From contig JAKMXF010000304.1 in NCBI GenBank assembly GCA_024704765.1, positions 168,225 through 232,224 of the forward strand: a DNA stretch of 64,000 bases, given 5' to 3'. Shown here piece by piece: positions 26,061-39,462 of the stretch. This stretch comes from Oopsacas minuta (taxonomy: Eukaryota > Animalia > Porifera). The notes beneath the pieces were generated by a model, which was not told where the DNA came from, ran no database searches, and saw only the letters and a program-made list of their open reading frames with translations. Each line of letters starts with the position of its first letter. The first letter of the stretch is position 1. The translations under genes and the position numbers were made by a program.

Positions 26061-29000
26061 TTATTCAAACCTCATTGCGAGTGAATTTCCTATTTTTGTA
26101 AACACACACAGGCCATAGACAAGAGAGGAATTGATGGGTTTTAACCCAATTTATTATACTATCAGTTTAATTCTTTAAGGCCAATATATAAGCCATATTT
26201 ATCACTCAAGTTCCCCGCATTTGAGCATCGAAACCCGCTGACTCTCGTTGGTAGCCGAAATCTCCTTATTTTTTAGTTACTCTCGTTGGTATCCGAAAAG
26301 CCCATTATTTCGGGGTCGAACTCTATTAATGCTAGCAAACTACCTCAATGTCATTTTTATACATGAAGAATACAGTCAAACGTTGATTAATGCTTATTCA
26401 TCAGGTTTTACGGGAATTTATAATGGTAATTTGGCAGCTACACAGGGCTAGCATAAAAATTTGGTAAGTTCGTTCATGTTTTTCAATTATATTCTTTGAT
26501 TTCTCAATTGCTGGACTAAGATTTGCCTTTCTCGGTTTATGCTTACCTAATCATATGATGCAAGCAAAATTCGTTCACTTACGCTGCTATGCCTATAAAC
26601 ACTATGTGTTTGCAACAGACATCAGAGGCTGCCTCTAGTATTCTTATGAATTTAATTTACAGTGAGTATTCCTACATATCGATCATTAAAACGACTCAAT
26701 AAAATTGTTATGGCGAGTCGCCACGTTATATTTATTTAGCAAACATGATTAGATGTTTATTCAATTGCCTTTTATCTAGTTTTGTGACATAGGAACAAAA
26801 TATCTTATGGGTCAATGCGTTATGTCATTTACTTGAGAACTTTGAGCTATTCCGCTTGGGTCTTACAACTTGTTCTTAAGTTAATTACATTCACACACAT
26901 GTCAAATTTCAAGTTGTTTAGGTGTAGCTCAAATATGTTGGGAATATTTTTCCTAGCAACGTGATGTCCTAGGAATGTTGTCACATTCCTAGGATGTTCG
27001 ACAACGTTAGGGCAGCAGAGTTTATTTATATAGATATCTACCTGGATTGTAATTTATACCACTATTTACTAGATCGTCCACTGCGACCTCTTAATTTATT
27101 CTAATTTTTGCAAATGTCTTGCAAAATCATAATTTCAGTGTCGTTATTTGTTGGAAATATATTTCACCTGTACACGTAATATTTAATGTGTAGGTCAAGG
27201 TATATGACCAAGTTATTTATGTTAAATTGATATGTATATTCTTCAATTTGAATAGTTTATTAACTAAGCCTCTATGAAATTTACAATTATGTAATTTAGG
27301 AATGGCTATAATCTATTTCTATTGAGTACGAACTCAATACATTGTGATAGGGAACATAATCAAGAGTGTGGAACTTTGTATGAGCCCCAGTTGATAGAAT
27401 TTTGAATATCCCAATCTTCAAGATATATATTTGTGCTATTCTATGTGAAACTTAGTTACTAGACTAAGTATTCCTATTTTACATGTTCTGATCAAATCAA
27501 ACCCGGTTTTATCCCTTAATCCACTTCTTAAAAATATCCTATACTCTACGAAATCATCTCTCAAATAACACGATGAAATCATGTTTTTGTAGGAAATATT
27601 TGAAAGTTGGAGGGTCATTTTTAGGTCTCAGTGGATAATCTAGTATAATTGTGTTGAACCATAAATAGAAAGGTCGGTGTGTATAAATAGACTCAGCTAG
27701 CTTAGCTGCGTCGAACAAGGTGACACTCGATTGGTTTTGGGTAAATTTTCAGGATGAAATGTTGGCACATTCCTGGATGATTCCTGCGATGCTAGTGAAA
27801 TAAATTCCTAACATACTCGAGTGATCACTTAAATGTGTGAATCTTTACGCTAATGACGAATATCGACATATAAATTGGATTAGAACCTACTGGAAATTAG
27901 GGAGGGTTTTTGATATTCAAATGTGTCTCACGCATGTCAAACTGATTTACAAATGTGCCAAAACCATTTTTCAAAATGGCACCAATTGTTATGGTATGTG
28001 GATGTAATGTTTCATTCTTTTATCAAAAGATGCACACTATCGTGAAATCTGGGAGCTCAACAGCTCTACTAATACACATGTCACGTACATGTCATTATAT
28101 GTATAAATTGAATTATCATTAGTCATGTATACTCCTCAGGGGAGGTGGATGTTAGTGTGACCCACTTTGGGCAAACCCACACTTAGAGCTAAGAATAATG
28201 CACCCGACTTTTGAAATTTTACGGCCTTGTTACATTATGGACCTTTTTCACAAATATTATAATCCAAATTCTAACAATTTTTCATATAATAATTCAAGTA
28301 AAATCTTAATCAAATTCTTAGAATTAAGTTTGTATTCACAAAAATCTATTTGGTATTTCTTTGAATTCTTCTTAGAGAATTACCAGAAATTCCGATAATA
28401 TTTCTCAATTTTATTAATTTTTCTAAGATTTCGAGCCAATGTTTACCAAAAATATTATGTGAGTTAGAGGGTTCACTTAAATAATGTTTTTTTTCATTAT
28501 TTTCATTATTTTTTTCACTCCCGATGGTATCTTAATGTTGCAATTCATATTCAAGACAAGATACCACATGCTATATGCATGCTGATTTAATAAATGACAA
28601 ATTCTTAAATGATTTCGCTAGTTCCATTTACGTATTCTATTGTCTGTTATGAATATTCAAATTATACAATTGAATGAATGCTATTTCAAGTTCTAATTAG
28701 TCATACTAAGATTAAGTAACTTTTTCTATGGTTATCAGTACCCCCCATTTACTTCTTAATATTGTTTGTTAATTAACTGACTTTCACGTTTGGTGATCCA
28801 TTGGTGATATCTAGGGGTTCTCGCGACAATAGTACACTTCACAATCTAGGATGTTTATTTTAGACTGGAGTATGAAGATGTCAGGCACAGAATTCACGTC
28901 TTAATTTGGCCCTCTAACAAACACTCGAATTGATTCCAAGATACAAACGAGGCTCAGGTTATGATGTTTTCTTACTAATGCATCCTCATCTGGAGTAAAT

Positions 29001-29202
29001 TCACTTTTAAATATGGCGGAGTATGTTTTTGTGTTGCCATTAATGATTTTAACCAGTTGAAACTCATAAACCTTCCCACTGCAACATATGCCTGTAGATT
29101 ACGGCAAAATAGCTCAGAATTCCATATCATACTAGTATTGATTATCTAAATCTAGGCCACGTTTTCGTTAAATTTCACTTCGGCTGCGTCATGCATCCCT
29201 AG

Positions 29203-32200
29203 TAGGCCGGATCGAGAAAAGTATAAATCGTCGGTTCAACTTCTACCTAAGGGAAAAGTTACCTTACCAATTTCTAGGAAAATGCGAGACTTATATTTGA
29301 AAAATATTTCGATTTGACCCTTACGGTTTTATATTTTGCTGTGTCACTTTCGCAAAATTGATTTTTATATTGTCCGAATTTTCAAATTCCTTTGACTTAG
29401 CCCCTTTATATATATTATTTGGGAAAAGTAAGTTGTATGTTTGCTGTTGAATGGTGTATTAATCGAATTTCTATGTCCAAGGATACTCAAGTTATCAAGA
29501 AATATTTTTGCATATTCTATCATACCCTAACAATATTACCAACCACCCCCCTTTTTTTCCGATTATTTGAAAATTCTATATTCTTAGTAAAACTAGCTAT
29601 ATAATCACCAAACTTAATATATTTCTTTATCTAGATCCAAATTCATCAATAGGTTACCACAAAGAAATTTTATCAACATTCCTTATCTCTTGTTCTTAAC
29701 TTAGTTACCATTTATCTAGCATGGATTTTATGGTCAATTATAGTATCTATATCAATGCTCGATCAAATATTCATTTTATTGAGTGATTATATTCCTAAAA
29801 TTTAATTATTTTTGAAATGGCAGAAAACACGCGTGGTAGAGTATTTCATCCTATTTTTGGTTATCCAGGACCCATTCCAGAAAATCAACTTCCCACAAAA
29901 CTAGATATATATAATCATTATGGGATGCTTAGAAATGAAGATTCTAAATCAACTAGAGAAGATATAGCGAAGGAATTAACTGAAGTATGAGTGTATATCT
30001 ATAATTTGGCTTCCATACCCACTATATCAGAGCTCAAAATAAAACAGTACATTATCTCTGATATTATTGAGAGAGCTAAATACTACGGGAAAAGTATCCA
30101 AAACAAGCAACAACCTAATCGTATACAGCCTATTATTTCCGAATTCAATGTCTTGTTCGATGTCTCAAGTTGCAAATGCCTAATTCAGGAAGGTAAATGT
30201 TTTTGCTCTCTCGATAAAAAGATACCACGTCGTGAGTGGCCATTTCTCTTTGATCAGCGAAACGCTCAAAATTATTTATATCCAGCTTGGATTGCATGAC
30301 AACCTCTAAAAATATTGTTAAACAAAAAAGAAAAGAGGCACAATATGAAAGAGAAAAAAGGGAAATGAAGAGATTACATGCAGTTCAACCTTCGCAAGAA
30401 TTTATAGAATGTGACTTTGAAGAGTTTGAATCTTTTGACTCGAGTACATCTAATACTCACAAGTATACACGTAATCATAATCAATTACGAAATTTAGCCA
30501 TAATGTGTGATAGATATCAAATTAGCGATCGGGCAGGTGCAGCTATGGCTAACGCAGTACTGCAGGATTACGGTATTATCACACAGGAAGAAGATAGTCA
30601 AATTATTGATAGAAACAAACTCCGTAGATCTAGATTCTCTGTGAGAAAGGAATTGGCTAATGAGGCTCATGAAACTATCAATGATATATCTGCAATATAT
30701 TTTGATAGCCGTAAAGATCAAACTCGAGTACTGGTAGAAAGAGAAGATGGACATTTGCATCAGGATACTGCAAATGAAGAACATTATACTGTCTTATCTG
30801 AACCGGGGAATCAGTATGTTACCCCCCATATAACACCAAGTTCTGGTAAAGCCAAAGATATAGCAACGGAATTGACTGATCTTTGCAGGGAGTGTAATTC
30901 AAATTTAATGGCGGTTGGAGCTGATGGAGCTCGTGTTAACACTGGAATCTACAATGGGTGTATTAGATTACTTGAACTAGAGTTCACAAAACCACTCCAT
31001 TAGTTTATTTGCCAATTACATGGTAATGAACTTCCATTGAGGCATCTCTTTCAAATAATAGATGGAAAAACCAGTGGACCCAATTCTTTTAAAGGAGTAA
31101 TTGGTAAAGAATTTAATTGCGATTTTAGTTGCAAACCAATTGCAGTGTATCATCCTTTGTGCGGTAAACTCAACTTATTGATTGCGATATTCTCAAGAAT
31201 TTAAATGAAGATCAGAAATATCTATATAATATCTGTCATGCAGTTCATATTAGTATTTGCTCATCTGAACTGGAATCGATGCAACCTGGTGGTACATTTC
31301 TACGATACATCCTACACCTGAATTATTCCGACTTGTCAATTTTATTGTCAATTATTATACACCAGTTTGGTTTGGAATCAAGAGTAACCCGATTTGCACA
31401 GATGGACCTAAAAATATGTATTTTGCGATATCTTTGCTGCGAGATTTATCGGAGTCTGACCAAGGAATAATTTGCGATGTGATACAGAGAAACTCATATT
31501 TTTGTCATCCAGAAAATCTCCTGTTATCGATGCTTGCAGATAATGATGAACAAATTAGGCAAAAGGCAGTGAAGACTATTTTAGATATCCGATTTAATAG
31601 TTCATCATTTAGACCGATTGAAATTCGCCCATTTAATCTTCCTTCAATAAGGTTCACTGCCGAAACATGTGGATATGATTGATTGGGAAACCATATTTAT
31701 CACAGAACCGCATTTTACAAGATATCTCTCAAAAGAAGTACTAATTAATTGTGTACGTGCTCCACTTGAAATTCCAGCATATCCATGCCATCACAAGCTG
31801 TTGGAAGAACTATTCAATTAGTCACCAAAAGTTCGTGTTCAGTGACAGGAGAAGATGCGAGACATAGATTAATTCTTTCAACCCTAACATCAAGAGAAGA
31901 AATGCCCGCATTTGAGCCAAAGAAAGATTATGGTTGTTAAATATACTTGCTATAACATAATTGAATCATATACTACGATAGATAAAAAGCTAGTAATTTT
32001 AAAATAATCGGGAAAAAGGGGGAGTGGGTAATAATATTAGGGTATGATAGAATATGCAAAAAAGATCTTGATACCTTGAGTATCCTTGGACATAGAAATT
32101 CGATTAATGCACCATTCAATAGCAAATATGCGACTTACTATTACCAATAATATATATAAAGGGGCTAAGTCAAAGGATTAAAATTCGGACAATATAAAAT

Positions 32201-32358
32201 CAATTTTGCGAAAGTAGCACAGCAAAAATATAGTACCGCAAGGGTCAAATCGTTTATTTTTCAAATTTAAGTCTCGCATTTCCTAGAAAATGGTGAAGGC
32301 AACTTTTCTCTTAGGTAGAAGTTGAACCGACGATTTATACTTTTCTCGATCCGGCCTA
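29203..32358 (+). mobile_element. Full-length hAT-superfamily element (hATm-like), 3156 bp
   Basis: TAGGCCGGATCGAG...CTCGATCCGGCCTA termini, imperfect TIRs of about 375 bp (29203-29577 vs 31995-32358), and a perfect 8-bp TSD ATCCCTAG (29195-29202, 32359-32366). Confidence 0.95.
29817..31940 (+). pseudogene. hATm-like transposase with several stops and frameshifts
   Basis: ENQLPTKLDIY, CDRYQISDRAGAAMANAVLQD, YFDSRKDQT, GADGARVNTG..NGCIRLLE, LH*FICQLHGNELPLRHLF, YFCHPENLLLSML. Confidence 0.88.
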
Positions 32359-32558
32359 ATCCCTAGTCCAATCTCCATAATCAGTAGTTAGGATTTTATA
32401 TTTTAGGGTATGCCTCCGGATGGTTCTACAAGTGAGTATATTTTAGGATATTGAAGACTGTCTTGTTCTTACATTTCCCCATTGAAATACGTTAGAGTAC
32501 TAGTCGGTTTTAATTTCACAATGTGATTAACAAACGATACATACTTTGAAAATGTTGA

Positions 32559-34450
32559 CACAATGGGTTATTTTGGGTAAATATTTCCGATAGGCTATAA
32601 CTTCAAGATTTTTTATTATTTTCTGCTGAATATTGGCTACTGGGGTTTTAACTGAAGACAAAAATTTGGCATGTCCTATTTTGAAACTGTGTTACCATTT
32701 GAAATTATGACGTGATATTTTATTTCCAAAAATATTCAAATTTATTTCGTTTTGTGTAATACATGACTATATAGAATATTCATAATAGTATCATGTCTCA
32801 ATAGCGAATACTAGTAACTAGGCAACGCATCAGTTACTGAAGATTCATATCCCAATCTAGTATGAAGCATAATATTGTGATTCGGATATGTCGTATAAGA
32901 ATGTGATATATTATGTCAACTACAAAATACATAAATATTTCAACCTAAATTAGTGTATGTCAAATTATTTCACAATGAATTATAGTCATACAAAGCTGTA
33001 AAATTGAACTTACAAATCATGAAGTAAGTGAAATCTGTGGATACTAAAAGGGCAATCGAAATTCGGAAGTAGACGTCAATTTGGCAAGTAGAATAATTGG
33101 AGAAAACCCGACTCACTATTACCAACATTCTCAAAATATATGAAGAACCACCATTTGAGGTGTACTCGGCTTAGATTAACAATAGCACGATCAGTCCGAA
33201 ACTAATCTTGAACAAATAGTTCTTAAGCGTCAGGACTATATTACAAGTACTGAAACTCCAGCCCAAAGTTAGCCAGTTGGTCTCTAATTCGTGATTTTCG
33301 TACAACTCAAATATACCTCCGTTCCAAATTTACCCATCAGTATCAAATCCAATTGGAGTAACAGTTAACTACATTAATCACATAGTAAATCTCTTCAGAC
33401 GTAGCTTCACACACTCTATACAATCTATCGAAGAACCCCTAATGTACCCCCTCAACTTTATGGTTGAACATGGTGTAGATGGGTCGGGAAGTCACAGTGT
33501 GTCTAATCTTAGATCTCAAACAGTTCGTGATCGTTCAAATTTTCTCTTGTTTATGGTTTCTCCTCTTGAATTGACAGATTGTCAAGGAAATTTTATCTGT
33601 TCTAATCAATACCCAAATTCTATATTCTCTGACCAGCCAATCGCATTGCTATCTCAAAAAAGAGACATTGAAAGTGTCACTACTCTAAAGAGTTTCCTGA
33701 ATCCAAAAATTGATGAACTCGTGTCAACTGGATTCGAGAATGAAAGTGGACTTGTGAATAATAATTGAGTTAAACATTATATCAACATAGTAACATTAGC
33801 CTGACATACCATATTAACCAAAAGTCTTGAATGGAATGTTAGTACTATTTTGGTTTTGCTGAACTTCGCTAAACAATTATTTATAGAATAGTTTTATTAT
33901 GTAGTCTATCATGCCTGTAATTTCCTGAATAGTGCGAGAAATTGTGAGAAACTTTTCTTCACGACAAAGTAGGTTCGGATTAGTCATGTTATATAACCTA
34001 TAATTATGCTGTATCATCACAAAGTCAAGTAGAGAAAATTAATGAAAATTCGCATAAATTAGGTTTGAACTGTAAAAGTAACATTACAACTACACCTAGT
34101 AAGGTTTTGATAGTATTTTGAAGGTTGAAATTATAATTATAAGAATTTAAGTTGTTTGCGCAAAAATATGGTTTCATAAGTCCCGAAAATTAACATACTT
34201 TGGTGTGACTTTAAGATAGTACAACAATCATGTAAGTTGATTCAGATGAAAAGCAATTGTAGATTTGGATGCGCCTACATATTTCTAATCATCCTCACTA
34301 TATTGACAAGATTTATATATGAAAATTTCCCCTACTGGAAGCGAATAGCCCACTGTGTGTTGACTCTATATACATATTGTGCGAGATGTTTTCAATTTGG
34401 AGATGTTGTCGAATCGCCAACATCTACCATGAGAGATGTTGGCCATTTAC
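32559..34450 (+). mobile_element. Second Transib/RAG1-like family, decayed copy with an intact left end
   Basis: Starts CACAATGGGTTATTTTGGG. Coding remnants LASWSLIRDFRTTQI and NPIGVTVNY...EHGVDGSGSH...NFLLFMVSPL...PNSIFSDQPIAL align with the 20174 transposase. An AT-rich interruption spans about 33800-34300. The right end was not found. Confidence 0.8.
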
Positions 34451-35039
34451 GATCTTTAACTGGAGTTGTTTATTATTGCAGTTTAGCGTTTACTAGTATA
34501 TGGCTTCTTATGCATAATAATGAGGTATTTCTTGAGAGCATCCAATACACTTGATCTGATATTAATATCACACGCAACTTCTTCCAATGTTGGCTAAATG
34601 TTTGACCATATTATATTCCGATCCATAGAAGTTAATTGCAAGGTATTTTTCTTTGATATCATTCTCCTTTGATAGCCAATAGCATACAGAATAATATTCC
34701 TTAAGCTTGATTTTGTAGAGAAATCACTTGATTCATGCTCACCCTTTCTGCAGAAATCTGATTGTTGTCTTAATAGAATCGATGTATAGGCTAATTTTCG
34801 TAATGAAATTGTGGATGGGACATGCATTTACTAATTGTAGATATTTGTAATCACCTCCCCATTCAGCACAAAGAGTTTCTACCTATTAAAAATAAGGGAC
34901 AATCTGTTTGATTTCACCTAACTGAATGTTGGGAAGACATCTAATCACATCTTTCTCTGCAGCACTAGGAGCCCTTGAAGAAATATTTTAGGTGACTTTT
35001 ACGAGGAGTAGGTTTGGATCTCAATCTGGATGATGCTAT

Positions 35040-38000
35040 CGTTTTCTCATAAATATTTTCCAGTTGGTATTGTATTTGGGATGACATCCAAAGGTAACGG
35101 GTGAGCACTAAAATTTTAGACGTATTTTATAGTTCACCATAACAACGAGATATTTACAAATTCATAAATCTTTGTTCACCAATGCATTATTTGTATATAG
35201 ATTTCAAATTCAAACCATTTTCGATTATTTTAGAACATACCACCTGGAGATGGATCATTTGAAAGTGACACAACGGCGACACATTATTGGACAATTTTTT
35301 CGTAAAAATTATGACCATGGGATTTCTTATACAGTTAAGCATTTTTTGGCGTTTGGAATCGCAAGATCTACTATCTACGACATCATTTCTACTATCAAGA
35401 ATAGAGGAACCCTAAACAGGAAGTTGGGTAGCGGTCGCAAGTCTGTCAGAATGCCCAAGAGGCTCCGGCGATCTCTCTTGTGCAAAATTAGTAATAAAGT
35501 AGAAGTCTCCACCAGCAAAATGGCTCGAAAATTCGATATCTCTCAATCATATGTCCGTAAGATTATCAAAGAGAATGGTGTTACATATCGTAAACGTAAG
35601 CGAGTCCCAGATAGCAAACCAGAACAAGAATTGAGGGCTAAGTCCAGGTGTCTAAAATTACGGAGAGACTTTTTTCTCCCATCAAGCATAACTCAAATTG
35701 TAATGGATGACGAATCGTATTTCGGACTAAAGGATGATAATATCAATGTCAATAAGGGTTATTATATTTCAGAATCTCTCTCAGCCAAGTCTCTGAATCC
35801 TAGAATCAGTTATATTCGTAAATCCAAGTACCCACCTAAACTTTAATTTGGTTAGCAATTTCCAAAGAAGGCATATCAGAGCCATACTTTTGTCCTCGGA
35901 ATCTTTCAATTACTGGCAAAATTTACCGAAATCAATGCATAAAAAAGCATCTAATTCCTTTCTTAGGAAAGTTTCATGATGAGGGTAAATATTACTTCTG
36001 GCCTGATCTAGCAAGTAGCCATTGTGCGAAAGATACGCTTAAACTTTTTGAAGATCTAAATATCCCATATATTCCAAAATCTGCTAACCCTCCTAATACA
36101 CCTCAATTAAGGCCAATTGAGGATTTCTGGGGTTATTTGAAATCCAAAGTTTATGAAGGTGGGTGGGAAGCTAAATCCTTCAGAATGTTGAAGCAAAGGA
36201 TTCGGAAATCAATCAGGCAAGTGGAATTTTCAATTGTCCATAGGCTATTTTCAAGTGTCAAGACGAATATCCGAAAATCTGCAGACAATGGCCCATTAGC
36301 AGCGATCCATTGAATTCTAACTAAATTAACATGTAATTTAACAAATATGATCGAATTATACAATACTCTGTTGATAATTGATACATGCTCAAACAAGATG
36401 AAATTTGTCTAATTTTTTAGTGCTCACCCGTTACGATAGTTTCCACGAACTTTACAAGGGGCAATGTTTCGTTGCACAATTGCACAATTCTCTCTACATA
36501 GACATATATTGTTTCCTACCTTGAGAAAGAAGATTAGCGGGACCATGCATCTTGATTTCTGTTGTAGGAATATCTTGAACACTCAAATAGGAAGAGTCTG
36601 TCCATTGTTCGATTTCACCCCTTGAAAAATTCCGTTGCAAAGTTCGGTTTTGGTTCCTATACGGAAGAATTGTTTGACTCTTTAGTTGTTCACCTAAAAT
36701 ATGACTTGGACCTAGCTTGCCTCTATCTATTCTAGAATAGGTACCCTTGTATAGTCTCCTATACTCAATGGAGGAAGCCTTAAAACAGCGTAGTAAGTAT
36801 TTTGTCCGCCTGAATCTTTTGTGTTCGTTGTACAGCAAGCTGGGTTTTATTTTGCTGAGAGGTGCTCGTACATTGCAATTTCATACAGAAGGCATGTTTA
36901 TGAGACTCTCCTCTTAGCGGTGACATGTGTTGGAGCAATAACTATGCCCAATTGATTACATATGTCACAGGACAGCCCATCTTCTCCAATCGAAAAGTTA
37001 CAAACTTGACATGATATATTATCAGAAAGCGTATATACACATGCTCGAAACTTTTCGCATCAATTTTCGTTTTGGTGTAATACTCAACTAATCCATTTCC
37101 ATTTGCCTCTTGATCCATTATAATAATTTCACTATCAGATTCTAGATTGCTCTCTACCTGACCATCAGGTTCATTATCCAACTGCGGATCTAATGAATTT
37201 AAATCTTCAATGCTCTCAATAGAATGGTGCAATTCTTCTGTGAGTTAAAATCATACAATCCTTTTAGTGCACATCTGTTCTATAGAATTCTGTAGCGACC
37301 ATTCTTTCATACGCTATGTACAGTAGTATTTTTATGTGTGATACATTTTCTAGTACACTACCCGAATTAGAGTTTTGGAAATTGCCAAGAAAACTTATGA
37401 GAACACTTTCTACGCGTTAGTTGGCACTCTCAACTGAGCCTTGCGATTGTGGGTGCCATGGCTTACCTTGAATGATTTTAGTTGTTGCTATAATCGATTT
37501 AGAGTAACTATCAAAATATAGTCGTCAAATTCATTCCCACGATCGCTTTGGAGGATTCACGGCGCATCCAGTGATAGAAAGCACTCGTAAGTGTATGAGC
37601 GACTTCTATGGTGCAAATTTCTTCAGCGTTCGTAACACTATTCATTTACAAAATTGATCTTGATAATTGAATATCCAATTATTTTCCCCATTTGAATTCG
37701 ATCTCATCTCGATGAGATCAACTTGCCCTCTTGCGCAAAATTCATTTGATAGTACTGGCTTGTCGCAATAGATTTTTCGAGATTTATTCATGATCCTAGA
37801 TTGATGTGCGGGGCTTTGTGAAAGAAAAATCTTCACCAATTCAATATTTATGAATTAATCCTGTTCTCTATTTTTAGGATGTTATGATTTGCATCTTCTA
37901 TTATCAACTTGCTCTCAACACCAATGAATTTGTGGAATATGGTTCCAAACGGAACTACTATAAGTGATCGGTTTGTGGTTTCCTCGAGTATGGCTCAATG

Positions 38001-38200
38001 TATCTTAACTCTTTCATGTTGTTTGATTCTATAAGATGGAAATTTTCCACTGTACCTTCATCTCGTTTTGTTTTATGGCCATAATCCATTTTGTCGATGA
38101 TTTTGCCATTTATTGCTTGGTCTATATGCGACATTGGGGATTTTTCATCTTCATCACAATCATTTCTTCGAATTTCCTTTTGTTATGATTTTCAGTCATT
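35040..38200 (-). pseudogene. SCAND3/KRBA2-type (Ginger2-like) integrase relic, interrupted by the DD37E element
   Basis: ARGQVDLIEM, WIFNYQD, ILQSDRGNEF, GKPWHPQSQGSVESAN, RIDRGKLGP, IGTK. The Cys-rich tail CNCATKHCPC..(insertion)..GCHPK is split at 35095/36433. Confidence 0.8.
35097..36431 (+). mobile_element. Full-length Tc1/mariner DD37E (TRT/ITmD37E-type) element, 1335 bp, one frameshift
   Basis: TIRs ACGGGTGAGCACTAAAA and TTTTAGTGCTCACCCGT, with TA on both sides. ORF 35259-36313 has a 1-bp shift near 35844. Motifs MDDESYF, FWPDLASSH and PQLRPIEDFW, with 37 residues counted between D and E. Confidence 0.93.
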
Positions 38201-38439
38201 TCAAACACGAGTTCGAAAAATATTATCGTATGTGTGATTGCTCTATCGTATGTGAATTTGAATACTATATTTGTAATTGCCTATATACGTATGTACAGTT
38301 GACACGATATCGCTGATATCTCCAGCTACGTTCAATGATTTAATAATATGTTAAAAGTATATATATATGTATATATATATATATATTACAGAAGCCATAT
38401 AATCACGCTAAACCGAAATAATAAATTAAGTCATACATT

Positions 38440-39462
38440 GTAAATCGCCACATCTCTTATTCGAGGTCTTGGCGATTCGACAACATTTACAAATTGATAA
38501 CAACTCGCACAACATCAATATGAATCTTATCCATGTGAGTTTGAAGTATCCGTTCATCTAGATGCAGGAAATGCCATTAAGTGAAATTTAGCTCTGTTTG
38601 AGGACGCAAAGGTGTGATGATATGTCTCAAGAGATTTACTATGTGATCAATGTAGTTAACTGTTACTCCAATTGGATTGGATACTGATGGGTAAATTTGG
38701 AACGGAGGTATATTTGAGTTGTACGAAAATCGCGAAATAGAGACCAACTGGCTAACTTTGGGCTGGAGTTTCAGTACTTGTAATATAGTCCTGACGCTTA
38801 AGAACTATTTGTTCAAGATTAGTTTCGGACTGATCGTGCTATTGTTTATATAAGCCGAGTACACCTCAAATGGTGGTTCTTCATATATTTTGAGAACGTT
38901 AGTTATAGTGAGTCGAGATTTCTCCAATTATTCTTTTTGCTAAATTGACATCTACTGTCGAATTTCGATTGCCCTGTTAAGTATTCAGAAATATTTCATT
39001 TGCATCATGAAGTGTGAGTGAAATTTACAGCTTGTTTGACTATAATTTATGTGAAATAATTTTATGTATACTAATTTAGGTTTAAATTATATTTATTTTT
39101 CAGTTACATAATATGTCACATTCCTATCCAACTTATCAGAATCACAATATTATGCTTCAGACAAGATTGGGATACAATTCTGTAATATATTATGCGCTGG
39201 CTAGTTCCAATTTTCGATCTTGAACAAGATACTATTATGAATATCCTATATAGTCGCGAATTTTAAGAAACAGAATAAATTTAAATATTTTTGGAAATTT
39301 AATGTATCGTCGTAATTTTCAAATGTAACTCATTCACGAAATCTGACATGCCTAGAAAATTGTCTGTAGTTAAAACCACAGTAGCCAAAAATTCAAGGAA
39401 TTATAATGAATATTGTTGAGGTTATAATCTATTGGAAATTTTACCCAAAATACTCAACTGTG
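38440..39462 (-). mobile_element. Inverted, internally deleted copy of the Transib-like family at 32559
   Basis: The reverse complement starts CACAGTTGAGTATTTTGGGTAAA. 38620-39460 is colinear with 32560-33400, and 38445-38500 matches 34390-34450. Confidence 0.85.

Noticed and set aside
34340-34356. CACTGTG as the right end of the second Transib family
   Set aside because: The flanking sequence does not mirror the left TIR, homology with the inverted copy continues beyond it, and it can also be read as a decayed SPTV coding motif.
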